A stretch of 64,000 nt of DNA from NCBI GenBank assembly GCA_965218585.1, contig CBDCLE010000022.1, positions 64,001-128,000 on the forward strand, given 5' to 3'. This document shows positions 30,550 to 41,480 of this stretch, one piece after another. Origin of the DNA: Terriglobia bacterium (GTDB lineage: Bacteria; Acidobacteriota; Terriglobia; 20CM-2-55-15). Position 1 is the first letter of the stretch. Every line of letters begins with the position of its first letter. A program made the position numbers and the translations under genes. The notes beneath the pieces are model-generated. The model had not been told where the DNA came from and did not search any database. It saw nothing but the letters and a program-made list of their open reading frames with translations.

Positions 30550-31492
30550 ATGAGATGGCTGATAGCTACCTTAGCGTTGGCTGCGACGATTGCTGTGATT
30601 GCAGCTACCCTACCTCCCAATGTGGAGGCTCTCAGTCCGGACGAGGCTCTTCTGAGCCTGTTTCCTCCCGACAGCGGTGGAGTCATTTTCGTTGACGTAG
30701 CCCGGCTTCGGGATAACCCGTTGGTGAGGGAGAACTTCCTGGACAGGCCAGGGTTCGAGATGCCGAACCGCGTGGCTGAGTTTGCCCGGGGGACAGGTCT
30801 CGATCCTGAAACGGACGTCGACCAGGTGATGTTTGGGAGGACGGGAGAAAACGACTTTCTGGGTGTTGCCAGAGCCAACTACGATCCCCTCAACGTCGAA
30901 CGGTATTTTCGCGACCTGGAAACCAGCTTCGAATCCTACGCGGGACGTACGATTTATCATCCCTCTCCCGGGGATTTTTCAGTGTCGTTTATTGACGACC
31001 TCGTCCTCGTCGGTGAGGTCGGACCCGTTCGCGGTGCGATTGATCGGATGGGCATATCCACCCCATCCGTCCTGGAGAGTCCGGAACTGATGGAAGCTAT
31101 TCAATCCATCGATGAAGGGAACCAGGTTTGGGCGTTGGCAACCTGACAGACGTTCTGCTCCCGGAAGCCATGGGCCTCCAATGGCCGCCGATCTGATCGC
31201 TTCGCTGGAACGCATTACCTACCAGATGCGGATCGATGCCGCCCTGACGGCTCGGGCTGTCGGTGAGTTTACGACTCCGGACACTGCGCGGCGAACGGGC
31301 GATCTGCTACGGGGTGTGGTGGCGCTGGGCAAGATGCAGGTCTTTGAAAGCGACGACCTGCTCCAACTGCTGGACGGACTTCAGATCGACGACATCGAAT
31401 CCTCGATCGAGATTAACTTTTCCGCCGACGGCGAACTGCTCAGCCGGGTGAGGGAGTCGGGCTTTCCGTTTCCAGGTTTAGCCGGAGAGTAA
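30550..31492 (+). CDS. Exported hypothetical protein (two frameshifts near 31130 and 31175)
   Basis: Signal-like N-terminus; ORFs 30421 and 31112 join via NQVWG-VGNLTDVLLPEAMG-PPMAADL if two homopolymer bases are restored. Confidence 0.6.
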
Positions 31493-31633
31493 TCCGAGCA
31501 CCAAGAGTCCTGCCTCAGCGCTTAATTGATTCGGACTAGTTCCTACCTTCCTAAGACGAAAAGCTACTTTACCTTCGTTTCTTCGCGTTGATAAAACTCT
31601 TTGCGCCTTCGCGTCTTTGGGGTGCTTCTTCTC

Positions 31634-32950
31634 TTACCTGGCCCCGGACATCGAAGCCAGAAACTCGCTGTTGCTCTTCGTTTTCCCCATCTTTTCGAGC
31701 AGCAGTTCCATGGCTTCAACCGTTGAGAGCGGATTCAGGACCTTTCTCAGAACCCAGATGCGGGTGAGTTCGTCCTTGGGGACCAAGAGCTCTTCTTTTC
31801 TGGTGCCCGAGCGGTTGATGTCAATCGCCGGGAATACGCGTTTGTCTACTAGCTTGCGGTCTAGGCCGATCTCCATGTTGCCCGTGCCCTTGAATTCTTC
31901 GAAAATGACGTCGTCCATCCGGCTTCCAGTGTCGATCAGCGCCGTTGCCATAATCGTCAGACTGCCGCCCTCCTCGATATTGCGTGCCGCGCCGAAGAAC
32001 CGCTTCGGACGCTGGAGGGCATTGGAGTCGACACCGCCGGAAAGCACCTTGCCCGATGGCGGAACAATCGTGTTGTAGGCTCTTGCCAGGCGTGTGATCG
32101 AGTCCAGCAGGATCACGACGTCGCGTTTGTGTTCGACCAGCCTCTTGGCCTTTTCAATGACCATTTCGGCCACCTGGACGTGCCGGGATGCCGGTTCGTC
32201 GAACGTCGAACTGATCACCTCTCCGTTGACGGACCGCTGCATATCGGTGACTTCTTCAGGTCGTTCGTCGATCAACAGGACGATAAGAATAACTTCAGGC
32301 TGGTTGGCCGTGATGGAGTTCGCTATCGTCTGCAGCAGCATTGTCTTGCCGGTCCGAGGTGGAGCTACGATCAGTCCACGCTGGCCTTTACCGATAGGCG
32401 TCAGCAGATCCAGCACGCGCGCCGACAGATGTTCTTGCTCTGTTTCCAGTGTCAGTCTTTCGTCGGGATAGAGTGGTGTCAGGTTGTCGAAGAAGATCTT
32501 GTTGCGAGCTTTGTCAGGATGTTCGAAGTTGACGGCTTCAACCTTGATCAGAGCAAAGTAGCGTTCACCTTCTTTGGGTGGACGAACCTGCCCCGATACG
32601 GTGTCTCCTGTCCTCAAATCGAACTTCCGGATCTGTGACGGTGACACGTAAATGTCATCCGGTCCCGGCAAGTAGTTGTAATCGGGAGCCCGTAGGAAAC
32701 CGAATCCGTCCGGCAATGTTTCCAGTACGCCCTCGCTGAAAATAAAACCGCTCTTTTCTGTCTGAGCCTGGAGGATTTTGAAAATGAGTTCCTGCTTGCG
32801 CATGCCCGATGCTCCCTGAATGTTCAGGTCCTTGGTGACCTGGGTCAGGGCGGAGATATTCATCTCCTTGAGTTGGGCGATGTCCATCGCGGTGGAACCG
32901 TCTGCACGTTCTGTCACTAGCTTTTTTGTTGGTGGGGTTTTCTCACTCAT
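31634..32950 (-). CDS. rho: Transcription termination factor Rho
   Basis: [57 protein letters not shown]. Start uncertain (32887-33013). Confidence 0.97.
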   Translation of the reverse strand: MSEKTPPTKKLVTERADGSTAMDIAQLKEMNISALTQVTKDLNIQGASGMRKQELIFKILQAQTEKSGFIFSEGVLETLPDGFGFLRAPDYNYLPGPDDIYVSPSQIRKFDLRTGDTVSGQVRPPKEGERYFALIKVEAVNFEHPDKARNKIFFDNLTPLYPDERLTLETEQEHLSARVLDLLTPIGKGQRGLIVAPPRTGKTMLLQTIANSITANQPEVILIVLLIDERPEEVTDMQRSVNGEVISSTFDEPASRHVQVAEMVIEKAKRLVEHKRDVVILLDSITRLARAYNTIVPPSGKVLSGGVDSNALQRPKRFFGAARNIEEGGSLTIMATALIDTGSRMDDVIFEEFKGTGNMEIGLDRKLVDKRVFPAIDINRSGTRKEELLVPKDELTRIWVLRKVLNPLSTVEAMELLLEKMGKTKSNSEFLASMSGAR

Positions 32951-33013
32951 GTGGGGTTTTCTTGATGTTGCGGTGTGTGGTTCGGATTCGTTGGAGAATC
33001 CATCCCTCTCCAC

Positions 33014-33589
33014 CTATGAAACGGCAGTCTGAATCCTGTTTAAGATCTCCTTTTTTCCAAGACGCGTGACTGCCGAGAATGGAATCAGCTCTTCGGCTCC
33101 GAGCGTTTCCTCGGCTCTCCTGGCCGACTGAATCAACCGATTCCGTGAAAGTTTGTCTGACTTCGTCAAAACGGCTGTGTTGTCGATTTCGTAGTGGTCT
33201 AACCACTCTTTCATTAAAATGTCGTCCGAAGTCGGCGGGATGCGGCAATCTATGAGCAGCAACGCCAACCTCAACTGTGGCCGGTCTCGCAAATAACCTT
33301 CAACCATATCTCTCCACGTCGCCTGTATCTTCTTGGGAACCTTGGCGTATCCGTATCCGGGTAGATCGACGAAGTAGAAACTGTCATTGATGAAATAGAA
33401 GTTGATGGTCTGTGTGCGTCCGGGCGACCGGCTGATCCGGGCCAGTTTGCCCAGATTTGCCAGTGCGTTCAGCAAGCTTGATTTTCCAACGTTCGATCGG
33501 CCTATAAAAGCGATCTCCTGGAGTTGATCACGGGGAAAGTCAGCCGGTTTCTGGGTACTCTTGATAAATCGGGCGGAACTGACTTTCAC
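33014..33589 (-). CDS. engB: Ribosome biogenesis GTPase YihA/YsxC
   Basis: GRSNVGKSS, PGRTQ, DLPGYGYA, TKSD; downstream of lon. Confidence 0.95.
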   Translation of the reverse strand: MKVSSARFIKSTQKPADFPRDQLQEIAFIGRSNVGKSSLLNALANLGKLARISRSPGRTQTINFYFINDSFYFVDLPGYGYAKVPKKIQATWRDMVEGYLRDRPQLRLALLLIDCRIPPTSDDILMKEWLDHYEIDNTAVLTKSDKLSRNRLIQSARRAEETLGAEELIPFSAVTRLGKKEILNRIQTAVS

Positions 33590-33675
33590 GGGAGGTTGAG
33601 CACGGAAGGCTCATTTCCAGACAAGATTATTCTACCAATTATTGACTGCAAATATCCAGTTTAAGCTTGGGATAG

Positions 33676-33924
33676 GGGGCGGACACTGTCTGAGGCCCCG
33701 TTTTACCGTACCTGTACTGTCGCCCGAATTGTCCGTTCACAGGCTTCGAATGTTCTCGGGATACTGACGCCTCGGCTCCGCCTCGTTGTCCACACGCACC
33801 GTCAGACCGGTGCGGGTCCTTTCAGGGACCAGCTTCAACGTTCCGTCGATTCCTATAGGCCGCGCAATCAGGATGATTGCGTGGGTCGCCGGTCGTTCGG
33901 CCAGGATGGCCGCTTGAACGACCG
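33676..33924. ncRNA. Candidate structured RNA in the lon-engB spacer (family unknown)
   Basis: Six stems within 250 nt and no credible ORF; two loops read CAGGATG on the + strand. Confidence 0.35.
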
Positions 33925-33956
33925 AGCGAAATCTTTTCTTGAGGCAACTGTCCTGC

Positions 33957-36368
33957 TTAGTGTGCCACGGAGGTGGGATCTTTGCCCGGCTCTCCGGTCA
34001 GTGCGGCCGGATCGAAGGCCTCTGATTCATCAAGCGGCGTAGGCTGCTCGGTGAGGGCGACCTTCAGCACCTCGTCCATGTTTTCTACGAGGTGAACCGT
34101 GAATTCATCCAGAATGTTCGCCGGGATGTCAGCCAGATCTTTCTGGTTGTCCTGAGGCATGATGATCGTTCGCAGGCCCGCACGGTGCGCTGCCAGCAGC
34201 TTTTCTTTGACGCCCCCGATCGGCAGAACCTTGCCTCGCAGCGTGATCTCTCCCGTCATCGCAACATCACAGGAAACCGGGATGCGCGTCAGTGTGCTGA
34301 CGATCGACGTCGCCATTGTGATCCCCGCCGAGGGGCCATCTTTCGGGATCGCACCTTCCGGTACGTGAAGGTGAATGTCGAGTTTCTGGTAGAAATCCTT
34401 CTGAATTCCGAACGCGTGGGCGCAGGACCGGACATAACTCAGGGCTGCCTGGGCAGATTCCTGCATGACATCACCCAGCTTGCCCGTCAGTGTCAGTTTC
34501 CCGCTGCCTTCCATGAGAGTCGTTTCCGTGGCGAGGATTTCACCACCGACTTCGGTCCACGCAAGACCGGTGACAAAACCAATCTCGTTCTTGGATTCCT
34601 GCTGGCTTCGGCGGAATTTCGCTACTCCCAGGTAATCACTGAGGTTGTCCGCCGTGATACTCGCCTTGTGTTTCTTGCCTTCCCGAACCACCGCGCGGGA
34701 TACCTTGCGGCAAACCGAAGAGATTTCCCGTTCCAGGTTACGGACGCCAGCCTCGCGTGTGTACTGGCGAATGATGCCCCCGATGCTTTCGTCATCGAAC
34801 TGGAGCTGTTTCTTGGTGAGGCCAGTCGTTTCCACCTGCTTCGGAATCAGGAAGCGCTTGGAGATTTCCTTCTTTTCTTCCTCGGTGTACCCGGGGATGC
34901 GCAGGATCTCCATTCTGTCCTGCAGGGGTCGTGGGATCGTATGAAGAACGTTCGCGGTAGCTATGAACATCACCTGTGACAGATCGTAGTCCACGTCCAG
35001 GTAGTGATCGTTGAAGTTCGAGTTCTGTTCGGGATCGAGGACTTCCAGCAGTGCGGCTCCGGGATCGCCCCTGAAGTCCATCGTCATCTTATCGACTTCG
35101 TCCAGGAGGAAGACCGGGTTCATCGTTCCCGCCTTCTTCAGCATCTGAATGATCTGACCGGGCAGGGCGCCGATATAGGTCCGGCGGTGTCCGCGAATTT
35201 CGGCTTCGTCCCGGACGCCACCCAGGGCGAACCTGACAAATTTGCGACCCGTCGCACGCGCGATCGACATTCCGAGCGAGGTCTTGCCAACTCCCGGGGG
35301 GCCCGCAAAGCACAGTATGGAACCCTTGGGTTTCTTCACGAGTTGGCGTACCGCCAGGAACTCGAGGATTCGATCCTTGACCTTGTCCAGCCCGTAGTGG
35401 TCTTCGTTCAGGATCCTTTCGGCCGCTTCGATGTCACGGATTTCGCGGCTGCGCTTCTTCCATGGCACAGCGATCAACCAGTCGACGTAGTTCCGAGAGA
35501 CGGTTGATTCGGCCGACATTGCGGGCATCATTTCCAGTCGACGCAGTTCCTGGATGGCCTTTTCGTAGGCTTCTTCAGGCATTCCGGCGTCCTCGATCTT
35601 TGCCCGAAGCTCATCCAGATCAGATTTTTCGTCCTTCTTGCCCAGCTCACGTTGAATCGCCTTGATCTTTTCGTTGAGGTAGTACTCTTTCTGGGCGCGC
35701 TCCATCTGGCGCTTGACGCGGCTCTGAATCGACCGGTCCACCTGAAGCTTTTCTATCTCGATATCCAGCAAGTCTGCGAGGCGCTTGCATCGCTCCACCG
35801 GGTTGAAAATTTCGATGAGTTCCTGCTTCTCTTCTACCGACAGTGTCAGGTGCGAACAGATCGTGTCCGTCAGGCGGCCGATGTCATCCATCCGGACTGC
35901 GGCCAGGACCTGCTCGTAATTGACGTTCTGGCTGAGCTTGACGTACTGCTCGAAAAGCTGGCTGACCCGCGCGATGAGGTTGTCGTAACCCGAGAAGGTC
36001 TGATTTCTGAAAGGCGAGAGTCGCAGGTTCGCTTTCAGATGTTCGTCTTCCTCTGCAATATTCAGTATCCGGGCGCGCTCAATGCCCTCGACGAGAACCT
36101 TGGTGTTTCCGTCCGGCAGCTTCAGTGCCTGGACCAGGTTCGAAATCGTCCCGACCTGATAAATTTCGTTGGGTTTGGGATTGTCGATCGCGGCGTCGTA
36201 CTGGGTCGAAAGGAAGATTCTCTTGTCCCCGTCCATAGCGGCTTCCAGAGCTCTCACCGAGGACTTTCGCCCGATGACGAAGGGTACCAACATGTAGGGG
36301 AAGATGACGACGTCCCGAATCGGGACCATGGGTAGCTTGACCTGCTCGTATTTGTCCTTCGTACTCAT
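33957..36368 (-). CDS. lon: ATP-dependent protease La
   Basis: [46 protein letters not shown]. Confidence 0.97.
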   Translation of the reverse strand: MSTKDKYEQVKLPMVPIRDVVIFPYMLVPFVIGRKSSVRALEAAMDGDKRIFLSTQYDAAIDNPKPNEIYQVGTISNLVQALKLPDGNTKVLVEGIERARILNIAEEDEHLKANLRLSPFRNQTFSGYDNLIARVSQLFEQYVKLSQNVNYEQVLAAVRMDDIGRLTDTICSHLTLSVEEKQELIEIFNPVERCKRLADLLDIEIEKLQVDRSIQSRVKRQMERAQKEYYLNEKIKAIQRELGKKDEKSDLDELRAKIEDAGMPEEAYEKAIQELRRLEMMPAMSAESTVSRNYVDWLIAVPWKKRSREIRDIEAAERILNEDHYGLDKVKDRILEFLAVRQLVKKPKGSILCFAGPPGVGKTSLGMSIARATGRKFVRFALGGVRDEAEIRGHRRTYIGALPGQIIQMLKKAGTMNPVFLLDEVDKMTMDFRGDPGAALLEVLDPEQNSNFNDHYLDVDYDLSQVMFIATANVLHTIPRPLQDRMEILRIPGYTEEEKKEISKRFLIPKQVETTGLTKKQLQFDDESIGGIIRQYTREAGVRNLEREISSVCRKVSRAVVREGKKHKASITADNLSDYLGVAKFRRSQQESKNEIGFVTGLAWTEVGGEILATETTLMEGSGKLTLTGKLGDVMQESAQAALSYVRSCAHAFGIQKDFYQKLDIHLHVPEGAIPKDGPSAGITMATSIVSTLTRIPVSCDVAMTGEITLRGKVLPIGGVKEKLLAAHRAGLRTIIMPQDNQKDLADIPANILDEFTVHLVENMDEVLKVALTEQPTPLDESEAFDPAALTGEPGKDPTSVAH

Positions 36369-36452
36369 TTATAGACTCATTTCCGGTGCCCGAATTTCCC
36401 GTTAAGTGTTGGGGTTGCGACCGGAATCTTGCTAGTCCATCGGGTAGCCCGC

Positions 36453-37685
36453 TTACCCGGCCTTCTCAAACGGCAACCGTACTTCCTTCTTTTCGACCAT
36501 CTGCTTGGTGATCGTTAGCTCTTCGTGCTTTTTTTGTCCCGGAATGGTGTACATCACGTCCAACATCAGCTCTTCCATGATGATGCGGAGGCCTCGGGCC
36601 CCTACGTTCCGTTTTATGGACTGTGCCGCGATTTCGGAAATCGCCTTATCGGCGAACTTCAGCGTGACGTTCTCGTACTCGAACAGGCGCTGATACTGCT
36701 TGACCAACGCGTTCTTGGGACGGGTCAGGATCTCCACCAATGCCGCCTGATCCAGATCGTGGAGGGTCCCCACTACCGGAACGCGTCCGACAAACTCCGG
36801 AATCATTCCATATTTGATGAGGTCTTCGGGTTCGACGACATCGATCAGCTGCGATCGGCCCTCGTCACTCTTGCTGCGAAGTTCACCCTTGAAGCCCATC
36901 GTGCTGCGCTTTGCCAGGCGCTTTTCGACGACTTCCTCCAGGCCTATGAACGCGCCTCCACATATGAAGAGGATGTCGGTCGTGTCGACCTGGGTGAATT
37001 CCTGGTGAGGATGCTTGCGCCCGCCCTGAGGGGGAACGTTGGCCACGGTTCCTTCCAACATCTTTAACAGGGCTTGCTGAACGCCTTCGCCCGAGACGTC
37101 ACGCGTTATCGAAGGGTTCTCGTCCTTGCGGCCGATCTTATCGATCTCGTCGATATAGATGATGCCGGTCTGGGCGCGCTCTACATCTCCGCCGGCGCTC
37201 TGGACCAGCCGCAGGATGATGTTTTCGACATCCTCCCCCACATAACCCGCTTCTGTCAGGGTTGTTGCGTCTACGATCGCAAAGGGAACGCTGAGCAACC
37301 GTGCCAGTGTCTGGGCCAGAAGTGTCTTGCCCGTGCCCGTAGGTCCGATCAGCAGAATGTTGGATTTCTGGAGTTCGACTTCGGACTTTTTGCGTGCCAG
37401 TTCGATCCGCTTGTAGTGGTTGTAGACCGCTACGGCCAGCTTCTTCTTCGTCTGGTGCTGGCCGATGACGTATTGGTCCAGGAATTCCTTGATTTCAGGT
37501 GGTTTAGGGAGGTGAACGTTGCGCGGTGCCGGTTCAAGGCCTTGATCTTCGTCGATGATGTCCTGGCATACAGCAACACATTCGTCGCAGATAAAGACCG
37601 TTGGACCCGCAATCAGTTTCCGTACGTCATTCTGACTCTTGTTGCAGAACGAACACCGAAGCGCTTCATTGCTGTTCTTTTTCAA
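36453..37685 (-). CDS. clpX: ATP-dependent Clp protease ATP-binding subunit
   Basis: CSFC..CDEC zinc finger, [29 protein letters not shown]. Confidence 0.97.
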   Translation of the reverse strand: MKKNSNEALRCSFCNKSQNDVRKLIAGPTVFICDECVAVCQDIIDEDQGLEPAPRNVHLPKPPEIKEFLDQYVIGQHQTKKKLAVAVYNHYKRIELARKKSEVELQKSNILLIGPTGTGKTLLAQTLARLLSVPFAIVDATTLTEAGYVGEDVENIILRLVQSAGGDVERAQTGIIYIDEIDKIGRKDENPSITRDVSGEGVQQALLKMLEGTVANVPPQGGRKHPHQEFTQVDTTDILFICGGAFIGLEEVVEKRLAKRSTMGFKGELRSKSDEGRSQLIDVVEPEDLIKYGMIPEFVGRVPVVGTLHDLDQAALVEILTRPKNALVKQYQRLFEYENVTLKFADKAISEIAAQSIKRNVGARGLRIIMEELMLDVMYTIPGQKKHEELTITKQMVEKKEVRLPFEKAG

Positions 37686-37766
37686 ACCGGTTTTCCTCCA
37701 CCCTTTCGTCAGGTTGTGCGGCCTGCTGATATTAGTCTAACCCATTAATTTAAAATGAGTTGGGCT

Positions 37767-38354
37767 CTACAGGCGCTTGGAGATTACCTCGTCGATAATA
37801 CCATAGTCCTTGGCTTGCTCTGCGCTCATGATGTAGTCCCGATCCACATCCTTTTCCAAGCGGTCCAGTGGTTGATTCGTATGCTTGACGAGAATGTCGT
37901 TGAGGATGCTCCGCATCCTCAGAATCTCCTTCGCGTGTATCTCGATGTCGGTCGCCTGACCCTGCAAACCACCCATCCATGGCTGGTGGATCATGATGCG
38001 GGCATTCGGCAACGAAAATCGCTTGTTAGGAGCCCCAGCCGCGAGTAGAACCGCCCCCATACTGGCCGCCTGGCCAACACATATCGTCGTCACGTCGGGC
38101 CGGATGAACTGGATCGTGTCGTAGATCGCCAATCCGCCGGTGATGGAACCACCCGGCGAGTTGATATACAGAGATACGTCCCGTTCGGGGTCTTCTGCTT
38201 CTAAATAAAGGAGTTGTGCCGTTACGACGTTGGCGATGTTGTCGTCTATCGGTGTTCCTATAAAGATGATGCTGTCTCGGAGCAGCCGCGAGTAGATGTC
38301 GTAGGCGCGCTCGCCCCGGTTGGTCTGCTCGACGACCATTGGAATAAGTGCCAT
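37767..38354 (-). CDS. clpP: Clp protease proteolytic subunit
   Basis: [31 protein letters not shown]. Confidence 0.97.
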   Translation of the reverse strand: MALIPMVVEQTNRGERAYDIYSRLLRDSIIFIGTPIDDNIANVVTAQLLYLEAEDPERDVSLYINSPGGSITGGLAIYDTIQFIRPDVTTICVGQAASMGAVLLAAGAPNKRFSLPNARIMIHQPWMGGLQGQATDIEIHAKEILRMRSILNDILVKHTNQPLDRLEKDVDRDYIMSAEQAKDYGIIDEVISKRL

Positions 38355-38500
38355 CTTTTCTTCAGGAATGTTCTGCATTAACTCGTTCTCGCTCTATTCC
38401 CCTACGCGCAGTAGGACTTAATAACGTTATCGGAAAATTGTGTCACAAACTGGTGAGAAAAACAGCATCTCGGAAAATCAGGGCCGTCCCAATTCCCCGG

Positions 38501-39829
38501 TCACGACTCGGTGACCCCTGTTTTAGATTCCCTTCCAAGGCTCCCCGCAGGAACGATCTTCGCCCGTTCCTGCAGAATCTCGAGGATCTTGGTGTTACGG
38601 ATCTGTCCTTTGATCCTTTCTATTCCGTTATTTCCGTTCAAGGCCTCACGGACGCTATGGGTCGTCTGCTGCATCTGGGTGGCCATCGACTCGATTTCCT
38701 GGTCGATATCCTCCTCGGATGCATCGACGTTTTCCTGATCGGCCAGGTGATCCAGTATCAGAGAGCCCCGAACGTCGCGCACAGCCTGGTCATATTGTTC
38801 ATTCCGGACTTTGCCCCAGTCCAGATCCATCTGCTGGGGGTTGATCCCCTGCCGGGATAGATCCCGCATCAGGCGTTGAAGCCGAACCTGGACCTGATGT
38901 TCCACGAGCGTTTCCGGGACTTCGAATTCGTTGTTTTCCTCCAGCCACTGGAGCAGGGAGTCCCGCATCTGCTCGTCGGCATGCGTCTTCTTGTGTTCTT
39001 CGAGGTTTTGCCGGACTTCCTCCCGAAGATCAGCCACCTTCGGGTAATCTCCCAGACTCTGGGCAAACTCGTCGTCAAGTTCAGGCAATTTCTTCTCTTT
39101 GATCGAATCGACGTGAACCGTATACTCGGCCGACTTGCCCGCCAACTTCGGTTCGGGATGATCGTCACGGTATTTCACGCCGAACTCCACGTCGTCACCT
39201 GCCTTGGCGCCCGTCAGATTTTCCGTGAACTCCTTGATCGTCGTTTCGCCCCCAATCTCACACAGGGCCTTTTCAGCCGACAGAGAATCGTCGTCCTCTT
39301 CGCCCTCCATGGTCCCCTTGAACGAGATCTCGACGAAATCACCTTCGGCGATCTCCCTGTCCTCTTCAACAGGCGTCATCTCGGCCCGCTCTTCGACCAT
39401 CCGCTTCAAAGTGTCGTCAACTTCCTCTTCGCCGACTTCCTTGGGCACCTCTTCTACGGGAATATCGGTGTGATTCGTTATGTCGAGTGTGGGATAAACC
39501 TCGAAGACGGCTTTGAATTTAAGCGGTTCGTCCTTCTCGTAATTGACGTCTTCGAATTCGGGAGAATCGACAACGTTCAGGTCTTTTTCCCGGACCGCAT
39601 CGGAGAAATAGTGCGGCAACAGGTGTTGGTACATTTCCGACATGATGTCGTCCCGATAGCGGTTCTTGACGACACTCAACGGAGCCTTGCCCGGACGGAA
39701 CCCGGGCACTTTGGCCTGGCGTTTGAAACTCTTCGCGATCTTGTCGATCTCTTCGCTGACGACGTCTTCGGGAATTTCGATCTCGAAGCTTTTCTTGACG
39801 GTGCTGATGTCGGTGAGTTCTGCCTTCAT
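38501..39829 (-). CDS. tig: Trigger factor
   Basis: VPGFRPGKAP signature; position between tRNA-Leu and clpP. Confidence 0.95.
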   Translation of the reverse strand: MKAELTDISTVKKSFEIEIPEDVVSEEIDKIAKSFKRQAKVPGFRPGKAPLSVVKNRYRDDIMSEMYQHLLPHYFSDAVREKDLNVVDSPEFEDVNYEKDEPLKFKAVFEVYPTLDITNHTDIPVEEVPKEVGEEEVDDTLKRMVEERAEMTPVEEDREIAEGDFVEISFKGTMEGEEDDDSLSAEKALCEIGGETTIKEFTENLTGAKAGDDVEFGVKYRDDHPEPKLAGKSAEYTVHVDSIKEKKLPELDDEFAQSLGDYPKVADLREEVRQNLEEHKKTHADEQMRDSLLQWLEENNEFEVPETLVEHQVQVRLQRLMRDLSRQGINPQQMDLDWGKVRNEQYDQAVRDVRGSLILDHLADQENVDASEEDIDQEIESMATQMQQTTHSVREALNGNNGIERIKGQIRNTKILEILQERAKIVPAGSLGRESKTGVTES

Positions 39830-39866
39830 GGAATGGGTCATTTCTTGAAAATTACCTAAGGCCGAG

Positions 39867-39948
39867 TGCGAAAGGAGGGACTCGAACCCTCAAGGGTTTC
39901 CCCACTGGATCCTAAATCCAGCGCGTCTGCCAGTTCCGCCACTTTCGC
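39867..39948 (-). tRNA. tRNA-Leu (TAG), CCA not encoded
   Basis: GCGAAAG..TGGCAGACGC CTGGA-TTTAGGA-TCCAG, long variable arm, GGTTCGAGTCC, CTTTCGCA. Confidence 0.95.
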
Positions 39949-40046
39949 CCGAAACGAACGAAGGCTCAGTATACCTCAGGGGCTGAGGCCCCACGGGGGC
40001 AAGCTTCCAGTCTCATGGGGTGATTTTCGAAGCCGCTTTTGAATGA

Positions 40047-40075
40047 TTGACAGAAAACCAGATATCTGGAAATAT
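40047..40075 (+). promoter_or_regulatory. TA promoter with palindromic operator
   Basis: TTGACA at 40047; perfect palindrome CCAGATATCTGG (40058-40069) in the spacer; no SD before ATG 40082. Confidence 0.6.
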
Positions 40076-40081
40076 GCCTAT

Positions 40082-40372
40082 ATGAAAACAACCCTGAACA
40101 TCGATGACGAGCTGTATCGCCGACTCAAGGCCAAGGCGGCGCTCGAAGGTCGAAAGGTGACCGAACTGGTGGAGGAAGGGGTCCGCGTCATTGTTCAGCA
40201 GAGGTCTCCCGTACGGAAAAGAGAGAACCGGGTCAAGTTGCCGCTGGTACCCGCCAAACCCGGCCAGGGGAAGATGTTTGAAGGCATGACATCGGAGGAG
40301 ATCCACCGACGCCTCGCCGATCTCGAGGGCGAAGCCGATCTGGAAGGCCATGAGGCATCTCTCCGACGCTAA
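40082..40372 (+). CDS. Ribbon-helix-helix antitoxin (VapB-like)
   Basis: MKTTLNIDDELYRRLKAKAALEGRKVTELVEEGVR; overlaps the PIN toxin. Confidence 0.85.
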   Translation: MKTTLNIDDELYRRLKAKAALEGRKVTELVEEGVRVIVQQRSPVRKRENRVKLPLVPAKPGQGKMFEGMTSEEIHRRLADLEGEADLEGHEASLRR

Positions 40373-40799
40373 CCCCTGGATTGCCATGGCCGTGGAGATC
40401 CACCCGCATCACGATGCAGCGCGGCGTTGGATGGACCGGTTGGGGCACCGGGACCAGGTGGTTTTCAACAGGGCGACCCAGACGAGTTTCCTCCGGCTGC
40501 TGACACAGCCCATCGCACCCAGTTACGTTCCAGTTTCCGAGTCCCGCGCCTGGAAGCTTTATGAAAGGCTGTTGGCTGATGATCGTGTTCTCTGGATGCC
40601 CGAGCCTAAAGGCATCGAACCCCTCTGGAGGGAACTCTCGGAGAGTTCGCGTCCAGCCCCGAAGCTCTGGATGGACGCGTATCTGGCCGCCTTCGCGATC
40701 TCGGGCGATTGCCGCCTGGTGACGTTCGACCGGGGCTTCAGAAAATTTCAGGCGAAAGGACTGGATCTACTGCTGCTGTCTGAATCGGAATACGAGTAG
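40350..40799 (+). CDS. PIN-domain toxin (VapC family)
   Basis: LSDANPWIA..HPHHDAARRW, DAYLAAFA, LVTFDRGF. Confidence 0.88.
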   Translation: MRHLSDANPWIAMAVEIHPHHDAARRWMDRLGHRDQVVFNRATQTSFLRLLTQPIAPSYVPVSESRAWKLYERLLADDRVLWMPEPKGIEPLWRELSESSRPAPKLWMDAYLAAFAISGDCRLVTFDRGFRKFQAKGLDLLLLSESEYE

Positions 40800-40993
40800 C
40801 CGCGCGTCTAGGATCGTGGACGGCGCGGTTCCGGTTGAAATCCGCATTCAGACCGGAAAACAATCCGCCTTTCACGGTACATTTCCAGTTTTCTCCTTCG
40901 GAAACATTGCACTTCTGATTGATGGACATCCACGTGCTCGCAACACGGCATGAACCCGCGTGTCGTGAGCTATAATTCCCTTGGAGTTTCCAA

Positions 40994-41431
40994 GTGCCTC
41001 CGTCGATAGAAGAACGCGTCGCATATCTGGAAGGGAAAGTGGAAGAACATTCCCATGGCGTCAGAGAAATGCGTGAGTTGATTGTTCAGGTAGACGGCCG
41101 TGTTGCAGCTCTCGATCGCAAGGTCGACCGGTTTCGCGATGAGTTGGCCGCGCGGATCGATGGTGTGAATGGTCGCCTCAACGCCCGCATCGAAGGTCTG
41201 AGTGCTCGTATCGACGGGCTGGAGGCTCAACTCAACGCCCGCATCGAAGGTCTGAGCGCGCGCATCGACGCGATGGAAGTTCACGTGAACGCGCGTATCG
41301 ATGAAGTGGAAGGTCACCTGAGCGCCTGTATCGACGGGCTGGATCGGAAGATGTCCCGCCAGTTCACTTGGCTCGTGGGAATTCAGGTCGCTGTTTTGCT
41401 GACGCTTGTCAGCGCTTTGTTCCAAGGCTGA
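40994..41431 (+). CDS. Coiled-coil protein with 18-aa tandem repeats and C-terminal TM anchor (DUF1640/CCDC90-like)
   Basis: LNARIEGLSARIDGLEAQ-type repeats at 54-nt period (41177, 41231, 41285); ends FTWLVGIQVAVLLTLVSALF. Confidence 0.75.
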   Translation: MPPSIEERVAYLEGKVEEHSHGVREMRELIVQVDGRVAALDRKVDRFRDELAARIDGVNGRLNARIEGLSARIDGLEAQLNARIEGLSARIDAMEVHVNARIDEVEGHLSACIDGLDRKMSRQFTWLVGIQVAVLLTLVSALFQG

Positions 41432-41480
41432 GATATTGCGACGTCCCCTGCCTGGCCGCACACAACAGGCCCGCCATAGT

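Noticed and set aside
33676-33924. tmRNA, RNase P, SRP or 6S RNA identity for the structured spacer
   Set aside because: The hallmark sequences (tRNA-like CCA end, GAGGAAAGTCC, GGAAGCAGC loop, long closing stem) were not found.
41150-41345. CRISPR-like array
   Set aside because: Repeats are in-frame 54-nt coding repeats without unique spacers; no cas genes in the window.
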